A stretch of 64,000 nt of DNA from Gammaproteobacteria bacterium (GCA_965221695.1 OZ244905.1:3296001-3360000), one strand, 5' to 3'. Shown: positions 10,027-20,221, numbered from the stretch's first letter. Numbers and translations: made by a program. Notes: generated by a model not told the origin, from the letters alone.

Positions 10027-10275
10027 ATGAGTGCAAGAAATTGGGAAAAATCGGATTGGCAAAAAGCTCTGGAACATCATGAACAACTGTGTTCCGAGCG
10101 CGGTCGCACTACAGAAGTGAAATTTGAAGCTGTCGATAAGAGATTCGAAGCTGTCGATAAAAGATTCGATTCTGTAGAGAGACGGCTGGACAATATTGAA
10201 AGACTGCAACGCTTTACCTTGGGCGCTATCCTGGCTTGGCCGCCACTTCTGATCGCGGTTATGAAATTGGTCTGA
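10027..10275 (+). CDS. Small coiled-coil protein with heptad repeats and C-terminal membrane anchor
   Basis: AGGAG SD; FEAVDKR-FEAVDKR-FDSVERR; hydrophobic C-terminus. Confidence 0.7.
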   Translation: MSARNWEKSDWQKALEHHEQLCSERGRTTEVKFEAVDKRFEAVDKRFDSVERRLDNIERLQRFTLGAILAWPPLLIAVMKLV

Positions 10276-10341
10276 ACCGCTGAACGGGTGGAGGCGCCTG
10301 CCCTGCCTGTTATCTCCGCTGCTGTTATATTCTTGTTTGAG

Positions 10342-11580
10342 TCAGCTTTTGGCCAGGTGGGCTATCCTGATGGGGGCCGGCGGATGTGAATCATGAAACG
10401 CCGAGTACATCGGATCCGGTGTCAAGGTGTTGGCATTTTCCTTGTAGAGTTTGACCAGGGCATTGATCAGGCTGCCGACCTGGACCTGGACTTTGGCGAA
10501 GTCATCGGCTTCAAACTCATGCTTACGCGAGATGGATGAAAACACCGGCTGCAGGAAGAAGGTAAAAGCCGGCGCCACCAGTACAAACAGGGTCAGCGCC
10601 ATATAGGTGGAAGGATTACTCACGCCCAGACCGGTATAGAACCAGGGTTGTTCCATCAATACGCCCAGTATCGCAAAGCCTGCAAGAAAGGTAGCCCCGA
10701 GGATTGCCAGGCGTTTTTTTATGTGGCCGCACTTGAAATGACCCAGTTCGTGGGCCAGCACCGCTTCTATCTCGTCGTAAGACAACTCGTCAATCAGGGT
10801 ATCGAAAAAAACGATGCGCTTGTTCGCTCCGAGGCCGGTAAAATAGGCGTTACCATGGGTGGAGCGGGTCGAGCCGTCCATGACGAAGATACCGTTGCTG
10901 GTAAACCCGTTCCGGTCCAGTAACGCGGCGATGCGGGTAGCGAGTTCGGTATTGTCCAGGGGCCTGAATTGATTGAATAACGGCGCGATGAACGCCGGGT
11001 AGGCCCACACCATGACCAGGTTGAAACCCAGCCAGGTAAGCCAGACATACAGCCACCACCAGGCGCCTGAGTTGTCCATGAACCATAACACCAGTATGAT
11101 CAGCGGCGCGCCTATGACAAGCGCGATGCTTGTATTTTTCAGCAGGTCCGAAATGAACAGCTTTAGCGTCATCTTGTTGAAACCGAAACGCTGTTCCAGG
11201 TTGAAGGTACGGTACAGAGAGAACGGCAAGTCCAGTAGCGACGAGATTAATATCACTGCCAGGATGAAAGTGGTCCCTGCCCACAAGCCGGGCAGGTTGT
11301 ACGTGCGAATAACGGAATCAAGCAGGTCCAGGCCCCCGCCCAGGGTCCAGATCAACAGCAGCAGCGAAGACACGCACAGTTCGGTCAGCCTGGCGCGGGT
11401 TTTCGCGCAGGTGTAATCGGCTGCCTTGCGATGAGCGTCAAGGGGAATCCTGTCTTCGAAGTCCTCCGGTACCGCCTCCCGGTTCGCAGAGATATGGCGG
11501 ACATGACGGGCGCTAAGGCGCCATTGCAGAACAATGCCGGCGATCAATGCTATGATAAGCGCATAACTCAAACCATTCAT
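10342..11580 (-). CDS. M48 family metallopeptidase (Ste24-like)
   Basis: HELGH, NAYFTG, HEFEAD, SHPP; multiple TM helices. Confidence 0.92.
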   Translation of the reverse strand: MNGLSYALIIALIAGIVLQWRLSARHVRHISANREAVPEDFEDRIPLDAHRKAADYTCAKTRARLTELCVSSLLLLIWTLGGGLDLLDSVIRTYNLPGLWAGTTFILAVILISSLLDLPFSLYRTFNLEQRFGFNKMTLKLFISDLLKNTSIALVIGAPLIILVLWFMDNSGAWWWLYVWLTWLGFNLVMVWAYPAFIAPLFNQFRPLDNTELATRIAALLDRNGFTSNGIFVMDGSTRSTHGNAYFTGLGANKRIVFFDTLIDELSYDEIEAVLAHELGHFKCGHIKKRLAILGATFLAGFAILGVLMEQPWFYTGLGVSNPSTYMALTLFVLVAPAFTFFLQPVFSSISRKHEFEADDFAKVQVQVGSLINALVKLYKENANTLTPDPMYSAFHDSHPPAPIRIAHLAKS

Positions 11581-11599
11581 AAGTCATATTTTAACCGAA

Positions 11600-12142
11600 A
11601 TGGCGCATTCGGAAAACAACCTTATCTGGATCGATCTCGAAATGACCGGTTTAAACCCGGACCAGGACCATATCATCGAAATCGCCACTATTATCACTGA
11701 CTCCCGGTTGAACCTGCTGGCGGAAGGTCCGGTAATGGCCTTGCATCAGCCTGAATCCGTCCTGGCCGGTATGGATGACTGGAACATGGACCAGCATACC
11801 CGCTCCGGGCTGTTGCAACGGGTGCGCGCCAGTGAGCATAGGGAGGCCGATGCGCAGAAGCTTACCCTGGAATTTTTGCGCGAATACGTACCGGCCGGCG
11901 TCTCTCCCATGTGCGGTAACAGCATCTGCCAGGACCGGCGCTTCCTGTACCGCCATATGCCGGAACTCGAAAAATATTTTCACTACCGCAACCTGGACGT
12001 AAGCACGGTTAAGGAACTCGTTAAACGCTGGACCGGTAACCCGGAACCGTTCGAGAAGGAATCGGCACACCTTGCCCTGAGCGATATCCGCGACTCCATT
12101 GAGGAGTTGAACCATTACCGGGAACTGTACTTTACCTGTTAG
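11600..12142 (+). CDS. orn: Oligoribonuclease
   Basis: [39 protein letters not shown]. Confidence 0.97.
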   Translation: MAHSENNLIWIDLEMTGLNPDQDHIIEIATIITDSRLNLLAEGPVMALHQPESVLAGMDDWNMDQHTRSGLLQRVRASEHREADAQKLTLEFLREYVPAGVSPMCGNSICQDRRFLYRHMPELEKYFHYRNLDVSTVKELVKRWTGNPEPFEKESAHLALSDIRDSIEELNHYRELYFTC

Positions 12143-12167
12143 TGGCAAAGGACACAGGGATTATTTG

Positions 12168-12275
12168 AGCCACAGAGGACACGGAGTTCACGGGAAAAAC
12201 AACGAACAATATGAAGATTACCCATAAATTGAACAGGTTCTCGATCCACTCTGTGACCTCTGTGCCCTCTGTGGC
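12168..12275. repeat. CACAGAG/CTCTGTG intergenic element, copy A
   Basis: GCCACAGAGGACACGGAG...CTCTGTGACCTCTGTGCCCTCTGTGGC; homologous along its length to 13882-13998. Confidence 0.85.
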
Positions 12276-12286
12276 AAAGGTGATTA

Positions 12287-13870
12287 ATGTCAGATTATGA
12301 CGTCATCATCGCCGGCGGCGGCCATAACGCATTGATATGTGCCGCGCTACTGGTCAGGAACGAGCTGAAGGTACTGGTGGCCGAACGCAATGACTGGGTG
12401 GGCGGCGGCGTGATTACCCGGGAAGTCACCTTGCCCGGGTTCAAACACGACATGTTCGGTTCTTCCCATGTCTGGATCCACCTGAATCCGGATTTCAGGG
12501 CGTTGCAACCCGAACTCGAACAGCATGGGCTGAAATACATCTGGTCGGAAGATCATATAACCGGCCACCCGAACAAGTACGAAGGCCAGGGGATCATCGT
12601 TTACCGGGACGTGGACAAGACCTGTGACACCATCGCCGAATACTCCCGCGATGATGCCCGGCGCTACCGGGAGATTTACGAGGAATTCGGCGAGATCCGG
12701 GACGGAGTGGTTAAAGGCATGTTTTCCCCGCCAGCGCCCCCCAGTTATCTTTACCAGGCCATGGAAAACAGTCCGGAAGGCTTGCGGCGGTTACGCGATT
12801 ACCAGTTGAGTTCGCGCCAGTTTACCCTGGAGAACTTCGAAAACGATCATGTGCGCGCGTTTATCCTGGGTTGGGCGATGGCGCCGCAGACGCTACCGGA
12901 CCAGCTTGGTACAGCCGCCGGGTTCTACGTGATGATCCCAAGCATCCATTACTATGGGCAGGCCATTCCGGAAGGCGGTAGCGGGATGTTGTCGGTCGCC
13001 ATGCAGCGGTATGTCGAGGCCAACGGTGGTACCGTGCTTACCAACGCGACGGTGAGAAAGTTTATCGTTGAGGATAACAGGTGTATCGGCTTTCGGCTTG
13101 AGGATGGTATCGAGATCACCGCGGAAAAAGCGGTTGTTTCTGGACTGGACCCATACCAGACCTACCTGCACGGTTTCGACGAGGGTGTGCTCACAGACAA
13201 CTTTCTCGACCTGGTGCGCAGGTTCCGTTTTGGCGATGTGACCATTGTGCGCGTGCATTATGCGTTGAACGAGGCGCCAAAATTCAGGAACGGGGCAGAC
13301 ATGGACAACACGGCCTTCCAGCGCATCTTCGGCACGGTGGCCGATATAGACAAACAATACAACGAGATGGCCATGGGAGTGGCTCCGACTGACCCGTTTT
13401 TATGGACCGCCGCCTGGACCACGATGGACCCGACCCGGGCGCCTGCAGGCAAACATACGCTGATCATGGATACGTTTGTCCCGGTAGACCTGGCTTCCGG
13501 CGAGAACTGGGAACAAATCGGACCCGCGTATGTGCGCAATACCTTGCTCAAGCAATTGCGCAACTACACAACCAACATGGAAGATGGCAACATACTGGCC
13601 GAATACGTGGAGACGGGGCCCAGCCTGGCCCGGGCCAACCTGTGTTTTTACCGGGGCGTCACCACCGGTGGCGAACGCACCCTGGCGCAGATGGGCGCAT
13701 TCCGGCCGTTTCCGAATTATGCCGATTATCGCGGTCCGATAAAGAATTTCTACATGACCGGCCCATCCTGTCATCCCGGCGGCGGTATCTGCGGCATGGG
13801 TACAATAGCCGCCAACGAAATCCTCCTGGACCTGGGTCTGAGAGAGGAGGAAGATGATTTTGAGTTTTAG
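12287..13870 (+). CDS. Phytoene desaturase-family FAD-dependent oxidoreductase
   Basis: IAGGGHNAL dinucleotide fold, EVTLPGFKHD, C-terminal MTGPSCHPGGG. Confidence 0.88.
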   Translation: MSDYDVIIAGGGHNALICAALLVRNELKVLVAERNDWVGGGVITREVTLPGFKHDMFGSSHVWIHLNPDFRALQPELEQHGLKYIWSEDHITGHPNKYEGQGIIVYRDVDKTCDTIAEYSRDDARRYREIYEEFGEIRDGVVKGMFSPPAPPSYLYQAMENSPEGLRRLRDYQLSSRQFTLENFENDHVRAFILGWAMAPQTLPDQLGTAAGFYVMIPSIHYYGQAIPEGGSGMLSVAMQRYVEANGGTVLTNATVRKFIVEDNRCIGFRLEDGIEITAEKAVVSGLDPYQTYLHGFDEGVLTDNFLDLVRRFRFGDVTIVRVHYALNEAPKFRNGADMDNTAFQRIFGTVADIDKQYNEMAMGVAPTDPFLWTAAWTTMDPTRAPAGKHTLIMDTFVPVDLASGENWEQIGPAYVRNTLLKQLRNYTTNMEDGNILAEYVETGPSLARANLCFYRGVTTGGERTLAQMGAFRPFPNYADYRGPIKNFYMTGPSCHPGGGICGMGTIAANEILLDLGLREEEDDFEF

Positions 13871-13881
13871 TAGCCACAGAT

Positions 13882-13998
13882 AGCCACAGAGAACACAGAG
13901 GACACAGAGTTTACAGGAAAAACAACGAATAACATGAAGATTACCCGTAAATTGAATTGGTTCTCGAGCCACTCTGTGATCTCAGTGCCCTCTGTGGC
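13882..13998. repeat. CACAGAG/CTCTGTG intergenic element, copy B
   Basis: Direct repeat of 12168-12275 with shared core GGAAAAACAACGAA...ATGAAGATTACCC.TAAATTGAA. Confidence 0.85.
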
Positions 13999-14030
13999 CA
14001 AAATGACCTGTTATAAAGAGAGTTTAAGTT

Positions 14031-15191
14031 ATGTCTGAAAAAGCGGAAAGAATTGCGCCCTACACGGCGCTGGTGGTACAACCCGAGGTCACCGTCGTGA
14101 AAAAACGGGAGGATATCAAACAGAACCTGGAGCGGGTCTGTAACCTGATCCACTTCGGTGTGGGCTATTTCTGGGAGCAGCCGGTACGCCTGGTGGTGTT
14201 GCCCGAATATTTCATGCAAGGTGTCGGCACACCTGGCAAGGGTGAGAGCCGCATCAAGGACCAGATGGATAAAGTCGTGACTATCCCTGGCCCGGAAACG
14301 GAACAATTGGCAGAAATAGCCGAACAGTACGGTTTGTATATTGTCGCCGGCGGCGTCTGTGAGGAACTCCCCGAGTTCCCGGACCGCTGGTTCAACACCA
14401 ACTTCATCATCGGGCCGGACGGCGATATCGTACTCAAGTACCACAAATGGCATATCCCCGCTTATATCGGCCTTGGCACCAGCCCGCATGACCTGTTCGA
14501 TGAGTATTGCGAAAAGATTGGCGGCGACATCAAGGATTTGTTTCCTGTGGTGGAAACTCCCATCGGCAAACTCGGCACCATGACCTGCCATGACGGTTGC
14601 ACGCCGGAAGTCTCGCGCGCCCTGGGCTATAACGGGGTGGAGGTGATCTGCCATCCCGGCGCGATACAGGAGGTGGAAGGGGTATCCGAACCCTGGGATT
14701 TCTGGATGTTCACGCGGCGCGCTCGCGCCCACGACAACATGTGTTACCTGCTGGGTTCCAACTGGGGCAAGGTCAACTACGACTATTACCCCAGGGCTTT
14801 TTGTCCCGGGAATTCATTTGCCATCGACTACACCGGTATGGTAATGCGGCACACCCCTTATCCGGAGGAGCAGGTGCTGGCGGTATCCATCGATATTGAA
14901 GCGTTACGACACCATCGTACAAAAACTATCCATAATTGCTGGGTGGACATGCGTACTGAAGGATTCCGCCAGATCTACGACAAACCCATTTATCCCCCCA
15001 ATCGGTTTCCGCCCGGCAATCCGCCGCACAGCCTGTCGGAGAAGGTATCCATCTGCAAGGAGGTGTTCGACGACCTGTATGCCCGCGGCCAGTTCACACC
15101 GCCGGCCGGCTATGCGCCGGAAGACATATCGGGTCTGCTGGAACAGAGGATTGCCTATGCCCAGAAAACCGGGCGCCTGAAAAAGAGCTGA
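14031..15191 (+). CDS. Nitrilase / carbon-nitrogen hydrolase family protein
   Basis: Catalytic triad context LPEYF (Glu), YHKWH (Lys), MTCHDG (Cys). Confidence 0.88.
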   Translation: MSEKAERIAPYTALVVQPEVTVVKKREDIKQNLERVCNLIHFGVGYFWEQPVRLVVLPEYFMQGVGTPGKGESRIKDQMDKVVTIPGPETEQLAEIAEQYGLYIVAGGVCEELPEFPDRWFNTNFIIGPDGDIVLKYHKWHIPAYIGLGTSPHDLFDEYCEKIGGDIKDLFPVVETPIGKLGTMTCHDGCTPEVSRALGYNGVEVICHPGAIQEVEGVSEPWDFWMFTRRARAHDNMCYLLGSNWGKVNYDYYPRAFCPGNSFAIDYTGMVMRHTPYPEEQVLAVSIDIEALRHHRTKTIHNCWVDMRTEGFRQIYDKPIYPPNRFPPGNPPHSLSEKVSICKEVFDDLYARGQFTPPAGYAPEDISGLLEQRIAYAQKTGRLKKS

Positions 15192-15194
15192 CTT

Positions 15195-15434
15195 ATGAGA
15201 GTGCGCAGCAAGCTGGCCGATGTCGAATTCAAAATCGGCGAATTTGAATACAAAAAAGACCACCTGATCATCCACAACGCGCCGGAACAGGCCATGCAGA
15301 CCAGGGTCTACATCAGCCCCGACGACATTCTCAACGCGCTGGCAAAAGCCTTGTCCAACCCCAGAGTTTGGCTATATCTGTTCGGTTTTCCGTTCTTCCT
15401 GCTTCGTTACAGACGCCGTCACAGGGGGAGTTGA
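15195..15434 (+). CDS. Small hypothetical protein with C-terminal hydrophobic helix and basic tail
   Basis: Starts 3 nt after the nitrilase stop; WLYLFGFPFFLL followed by RYRRRH. Confidence 0.7.
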   Translation: MRVRSKLADVEFKIGEFEYKKDHLIIHNAPEQAMQTRVYISPDDILNALAKALSNPRVWLYLFGFPFFLLRYRRRHRGS

Positions 15435-15435
15435 A
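15360..15435 (+). repeat. 76-bp direct repeat, left copy (3' end of ORF 15195-15434)
   Basis: Matches 16102-16177 with one mismatch. Confidence 0.95.
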
Positions 15436-15471
15436 AGAGTACCAGGGCTTGAGGGGGCAGCAGATAGCCGT

Positions 15472-15513
15472 GGTCAGAGTAAAATTCACAAATTTGTGAG
15501 TTTTACTCTGACC
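15472..15513. repeat. Long palindrome, REP-like element or bidirectional terminator
   Basis: GGTCAGAGTAAAATTCACAA / TTGTGAGTTTTACTCTGACC between convergent genes. Confidence 0.7.
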
Positions 15514-15527
15514 TCAGAATTACTATG

Positions 15528-15728
15528 TTACTTTACTGCCTCAATCAAATCGATATCTTTTCTAAGCATCTCATTAATTAACGCATTCACTTCAACGCCT
15601 TTTGATGCAGCCCGCTCATTGATGTAAGCCAGTATGTCATCATCCAGATAGACGGGTAGGTTTAGTTTAGCTCCGGGCCTGTAAAATTTCCCACGCTCGC
15701 CTTCGGAAAAGTCATATTCTTCTTTCAT
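15528..15728 (-). CDS. BrnA-like antitoxin
   Basis: MKEEYDFSEGERGKFY N-terminus, RHH-like C-terminus; 4-nt overlap with the toxin gene. Confidence 0.8.
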   Translation of the reverse strand: MKEEYDFSEGERGKFYRPGAKLNLPVYLDDDILAYINERAASKGVEVNALINEMLRKDIDLIEAVK

Positions 15729-16021
15729 TTTGTCATTTCATATTGCTTTTGTTCAATTTGGGACGCCTTGCGCGCAGAGATGATTCGAACTGCTAAAGTT
15801 GTATCGTCAGTCTCCTGAAAAGTATGCGCAATTACAAGCAGTTGACCGTTATCAGCTTGGCCCAGAGTGATCCAACGTTCTTCGGTTTCATCATGCTCAT
15901 GATCAATAATAGATAACGCCAAAGGGTCTTGAAACACTCATGTTGCCCGCGTAAAACTGATCTTATGTTTTCGGAAATTTGTTCTGGCCTTGTTGGTGTC
16001 CCATTCGAAATTATATTCCAT
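15725..16021 (-). pseudogene. BrnT-family toxin with in-frame stop
   Basis: MEYNFEWDTNKARTNFRKHKISFTRAT*VFQDP...EERWITLG...VRIISARKA; TGA at 15938-15940. Confidence 0.85.
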
Positions 16022-16101
16022 TCCTTGAGGCTCCTTTAATGATTCTCATAAATATCTAAGTTATGTGCGCCATATTAACACAAAGTGGAAAAATGAACCG
16101 T

Positions 16102-16177
16102 CCCAGAGTTTGGCTATATCTGTTCGGTTTTCCGTTCTTCCTGCTTCGTTACAGACGCCGCCACAGGGGGAGTTGAA
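16102..16177 (+). repeat. 76-bp direct repeat, right copy
   Basis: Duplicate of 15360-15435. Confidence 0.95.
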
Positions 16178-16233
16178 GACCCACCTCGTTAATATGCTAA
16201 ACTTAATTTGTAAACAATTTCGGGGGGCGCTCA

Positions 16234-17082
16234 ATGACAAGTTCAGCATATCGGGACCTGACTGCTGAAGAAATAACAACCTATCAGCAAGAGGGTGTGG
16301 CGCTGGCGCCGCAATGTGTCGACCCGGCCTGGGTGGAGCGCATGAGCAAAGCCATCGACCGTTTGCTTGCTCAGCCGAGCAAATGGGCGCAGGATACCAA
16401 CCCTGGATCTGAACAAGCGCGGTTTCTGCATGATCGGTATCTATGGCCGACCGACAAAGACTTTCGGGATTACGTATTCCATTCCGGTGTGGCCGAACTT
16501 GCTGCCCAGGCGATGCGGTCAAATACTGCGCGTATCTATTTCGATCATGTGTTTGTCAAGGAACCGGATACGCAAGAAGAGTTTTTCTGGCACCAGGATC
16601 TACCTTATTGGCCGTTCAAAGGTAAACAAATCTGTTCCGTCTGGTTGTCTTTAACAGACACCGATCTTGCTTCGAGCGGTTTGGAATTCGTGCGCGGCTC
16701 GCAAGCATGGAACAAATGGTTTAAACCGGTGTTGCCCGACGGCGGGGAAGACACCATCCAGGCCGAGTGGATCGGTTCGAGTTCGGAAGAAGAAATACCG
16801 GATTTCAATGCGTTGAGAGATGACTACGAATTCGTGTCCTTTGAGACCAGAGCGGGAGATGCGCTGATTTTCGACACAGCCATCATCCATACGTCGCATG
16901 GCAATTTGTCCCCCACAAAACGCCGCCTTGCCCTATCCACGCGCTGGCTCGGCGATGACGCCTGCTGGGACCCGCGCCCCGGCACAGACCCAATCGTCAC
17001 CCAGGAACATGTTTCCATCAGCCCCGGCGCGCCGGCCACTGACGAGAATGCTTTTCCGCTGGTATGGCAGGCCGGTAGTTAG
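16234..17082 (+). CDS. Phytanoyl-CoA dioxygenase family Fe(II)/2OG oxygenase
   Basis: WHQD, IIHTSHGN, RRLALSTRW. Confidence 0.9.
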   Translation: MTSSAYRDLTAEEITTYQQEGVALAPQCVDPAWVERMSKAIDRLLAQPSKWAQDTNPGSEQARFLHDRYLWPTDKDFRDYVFHSGVAELAAQAMRSNTARIYFDHVFVKEPDTQEEFFWHQDLPYWPFKGKQICSVWLSLTDTDLASSGLEFVRGSQAWNKWFKPVLPDGGEDTIQAEWIGSSSEEEIPDFNALRDDYEFVSFETRAGDALIFDTAIIHTSHGNLSPTKRRLALSTRWLGDDACWDPRPGTDPIVTQEHVSISPGAPATDENAFPLVWQAGS

Positions 17083-17087
17083 CCCGG

Positions 17088-17909
17088 CTACAAATCCCGC
17101 AACAACTCGTTCAGACTCACCTTGCCGCGGGTTTTTTCGTCGACCTGTTTGACGATCACCGCGCAGTACAGGCTGTATTTGCCGTCTTTTGAGGGCAGGT
17201 TGCCGGATACCACGACCGAGCCTGGTGGGACCTTGCCATAGCTGATCTCGCCGGTCTCGCGGTTGTAGATGCGGGTGCTCTGGCCGATGTAGACACCCAT
17301 GGAGATCACAGAACCCTCGCCGACCACGACGCCCTCGACAATTTCCGAACGCGCGCCGATAAAACAGTGGTCCTCGATGATGGTCGGGTTGGCCTGCAAC
17401 GGTTCCAGTACTCCTCCCAGGCCGACGCCGCCGGACAGGTGCACGTTTTTGCCGACCTGGGCGCAAGAACCCACGGTCGCCCAGGTGTCCACCATGGTCC
17501 CTGAATCCACGTAGGCGCCGATATTGACGTAACTGGGCATAAGCACGACATTGGGCGCCACGTAGCTGCCATAACGCGCCATGGCCGGGGGGACTACCCG
17601 CATGCCGCCCGCCGAGAAATCGTCCTGGCCGTATCCGGCGAACTTGGGTTCCACCTTGTCGTAATACCTGGTCCAGCCCCCTTCCATCACGCGGTTGTCG
17701 TTTAATGCAAACGACAGTAACACGGCCTTTTTCAGCCACTGGTTGACCACCCACTCACCGTTTTGTTTCTCCGCCACCCGCATCTCGCCGCGGTCCAGTC
17801 CGGCAATTGCCTCGTTAACGGCATCTTTAAGTGATGTATCGGCGTTGCCCGCGTTGATGCCGGCGCGCTGTTCGAAGGCCTCGTTGATGATGTCTGAAAT
17901 ACTACTCAT
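17088..17909 (-). CDS. dapD: Tetrahydrodipicolinate N-succinyltransferase
   Basis: [42 protein letters not shown]. Confidence 0.97.
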   Translation of the reverse strand: MSSISDIINEAFEQRAGINAGNADTSLKDAVNEAIAGLDRGEMRVAEKQNGEWVVNQWLKKAVLLSFALNDNRVMEGGWTRYYDKVEPKFAGYGQDDFSAGGMRVVPPAMARYGSYVAPNVVLMPSYVNIGAYVDSGTMVDTWATVGSCAQVGKNVHLSGGVGLGGVLEPLQANPTIIEDHCFIGARSEIVEGVVVGEGSVISMGVYIGQSTRIYNRETGEISYGKVPPGSVVVSGNLPSKDGKYSLYCAVIVKQVDEKTRGKVSLNELLRDL

Positions 17910-17933
17910 TGACTGTCAGCTCCTATTGTCTAA

Positions 17934-18016
17934 GGAACCTCTGAGATTAAGCCAGAGGTTCAAACGGTACAGGTATGTGCTCTGACAAGTCCAGGATGGA
18001 CTTGTTCAGAGCTTCC
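17934..18016. mobile_element. MITE (hairpin-array family), internally deleted copy
   Basis: GGAACCTCTGAG...GCTCTGACAAGTCCAGGATGGACTTGTTCAGAGCTTCC; flanks CTAA/TTAA. Confidence 0.8.
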
Positions 18017-18084
18017 TTAAGTAACTCACCATTATGATACAATTCGCAAACTTACTCCAACAGCAACAGGTAAAAAAGCAGGAA

Positions 18085-19164
18085 ATGAGTCATAACGTAC
18101 TGGTATTGGCGGGTGACGGAATCGGCCCGGAGATCATGACGGAAGCGGAGAAAGTCCTGGCCTGTCTGACCCGGTACCATGGCCTGGAAATTTCCATGGA
18201 TCATGCGCTGGTAGGCGGCGCGGCCTATGATGACTGCGGGAGCCCGTTACCGGAGCAGACCCTGCAAAAAGCGCTGGCCTGTGACGCCGTCCTGTTCGGC
18301 GCCGTCGGCGGACCGAAATGGGATGGGTTGGCGCGTGATTTGCGGCCCGAACGCGGCGCGTTATTGCCCCTGCGCTCGGAACTGGCCCTGTTCGCCAACC
18401 TGAGGCCGGCGCTGACCTATCCGCAGCTTGTCGTAGCCTCGTCGCTGAAACCGGAACTGGTCAGCGGACTGGATATCATGATCGTGCGCGAGTTGACCGG
18501 CGGCATCTATTTCGGCCAACCCAGGGGCATTCAGACAATGCAGTCCGGGGAGCGCGAGGGCATTAACACCTTGCGTTATACGGAGACGGAAATTCGTCGT
18601 ATCGCCCGCGCGGCCTTCAAGGTCGCGCTGCAGCGAAACAAGCGGCTCTGCTCGGTTGATAAGGAAAATGTGCTGGAAGCGACGGTGTTATGGCGCGAGA
18701 TCGTGATTGAGGTGGCCGCGGAATACCCCGAGGTCGAATTGGAACATATGTACGTGGATAACGCCGCGATGCAACTAGTGCGCAGACCGAAGCAGTTCGA
18801 CGTGATTGTCACCACCAACATGTTTGGCGATATCCTGTCTGATCTTGCCTCAATGCTCAGCGGTTCCATTGGTATGCTGCCTTCCGCGTCGCTGGACGAG
18901 AACGGCAAGGGCATGTATGAGCCGGTTCATGGCTCAGCGCCGGACATCGTCGGCAAGGGCTTGGCCAATCCCCTGGCAATGATCTTGTCGGCGGCGATGC
19001 TGCTGCGCTACTCCCTGGACCTGCCGGAACAAGCGGACAGGGTGGAAAATGCGGTGACATCGGTCCTGGAGCAGGGCCTGAGAACCGCGGATATCCACAC
19101 GCCGGACACTGAAAAAGTATCCACGTCGCAGATGGGAGACGCTGTAGTCGAAGCGCTGCTGTGA
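18085..19164 (+). CDS. leuB: 3-isopropylmalate dehydrogenase
   Basis: [42 protein letters not shown]. Confidence 0.97.
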   Translation: MSHNVLVLAGDGIGPEIMTEAEKVLACLTRYHGLEISMDHALVGGAAYDDCGSPLPEQTLQKALACDAVLFGAVGGPKWDGLARDLRPERGALLPLRSELALFANLRPALTYPQLVVASSLKPELVSGLDIMIVRELTGGIYFGQPRGIQTMQSGEREGINTLRYTETEIRRIARAAFKVALQRNKRLCSVDKENVLEATVLWREIVIEVAAEYPEVELEHMYVDNAAMQLVRRPKQFDVIVTTNMFGDILSDLASMLSGSIGMLPSASLDENGKGMYEPVHGSAPDIVGKGLANPLAMILSAAMLLRYSLDLPEQADRVENAVTSVLEQGLRTADIHTPDTEKVSTSQMGDAVVEALL

Positions 19165-20187
19165 ATGAATAAAAAAGTCAATGTTGCAGTCGTCGGCGCG
19201 ACCGGTGAAGTCGGGCAGGCCATGTTGTCAATCCTGGCGCAGCGGGATTTTCCGCTTGCCGCGCTGCATGTCGTGGCCAGCAGCCGATCGGTGGGGAAAC
19301 GCATTGAATTCATGGATGAGGAACTGGTGGTCGAAGACCTGGATTCGTTCGATTTTTCCGGCATCGATATCGGCCTGTTTTCTCCCGGGGCTTCCGTATC
19401 CAACATCCATGCGCCCCGGGCCGCCGCCGCAGGGACGGTCGTCATCGACAATACGTCCCGGTTCCGGTATGACGCGGATATTCCGCTGGTCGTACCGGAG
19501 GTGAATCCGGAAGCCGTCGGGCAGTATGCCGGACGCGGCATTATTGCCAACCCGAACTGTTCCACCATCCAGATGGTAATGGCGTTGAAACCGATCTACG
19601 ACGCCGCTGGCATTGAGCGCGTCAATGTCGCCACCTACCAGGCTGTCTCCGGCAAGGGCAAAAAAGCGATAGAGGAACTGGAGCAGCAGACCATTGCGCT
19701 GTTCAACGGCAAACCGGTTATCCCTACGGAGCATCCCAGGCAGATGGCGTTCAATGTCCTGCCCCAGATTGATGTGTTCCAGGACAACGGTTATACCAGG
19801 GAAGAAATGAAGATGGTATGGGAGACACATAAGATCCTCGACGACGAAACGATCCGGGTCAACCCCACCTGTGTGCGCGTGCCGGTGTTCTATGGCCACT
19901 CCGAGGCCGTGCACATCGAAACCAAGGAGAAGATCACGGTGGATGAGGCGAAAACCCTGTTGAACGATTTCCCCGGCGTCGTGGTGATAGATGAGCGGGA
20001 AGACGGCGGCTACCCGACGGCCGTAACCGAGGCTTCCGGACATGACCCGGTATTTGTCGGCCGCATCAGGGAGGATATTTCCCATCCGACGGGCATCAAT
20101 TTCTGGGTGGTTTCCGACAATATCAGGAAAGGCGCCGCGCTTAACAGTATTCAAATTGCGGAAGATTTGTTAAAACATCATCTATGA
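19165..20187 (+). CDS. asd: Aspartate-semialdehyde dehydrogenase
   Basis: VVGATGEVG, IIANPNCSTIQ, CVRVPVFYGHSE, DNIRKGAALN. Confidence 0.97.
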   Translation: MNKKVNVAVVGATGEVGQAMLSILAQRDFPLAALHVVASSRSVGKRIEFMDEELVVEDLDSFDFSGIDIGLFSPGASVSNIHAPRAAAAGTVVIDNTSRFRYDADIPLVVPEVNPEAVGQYAGRGIIANPNCSTIQMVMALKPIYDAAGIERVNVATYQAVSGKGKKAIEELEQQTIALFNGKPVIPTEHPRQMAFNVLPQIDVFQDNGYTREEMKMVWETHKILDDETIRVNPTCVRVPVFYGHSEAVHIETKEKITVDEAKTLLNDFPGVVVIDEREDGGYPTAVTEASGHDPVFVGRIREDISHPTGINFWVVSDNIRKGAALNSIQIAEDLLKHHL

Positions 20188-20221
20188 TCGCCCATACGGT
20201 TGGCACACGGGGAAAACCGTC

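Noticed and set aside
12287-13870. Carotenoid biosynthesis gene crtI
   Set aside because: Only family-level similarity and no crtB or crtE nearby.
15938-15940. TGA in brnT as selenocysteine or alternative genetic code
   Set aside because: Not a Cys-type position, no convincing SECIS, and TGA ends many genes in this window.
19228-20154. Long antisense ORFs (also 32284-33291, 50569-51477, 26421-27245)
   Set aside because: They lie opposite well-conserved genes, are expected from GC-rich codon bias, and have no recognisable motifs.
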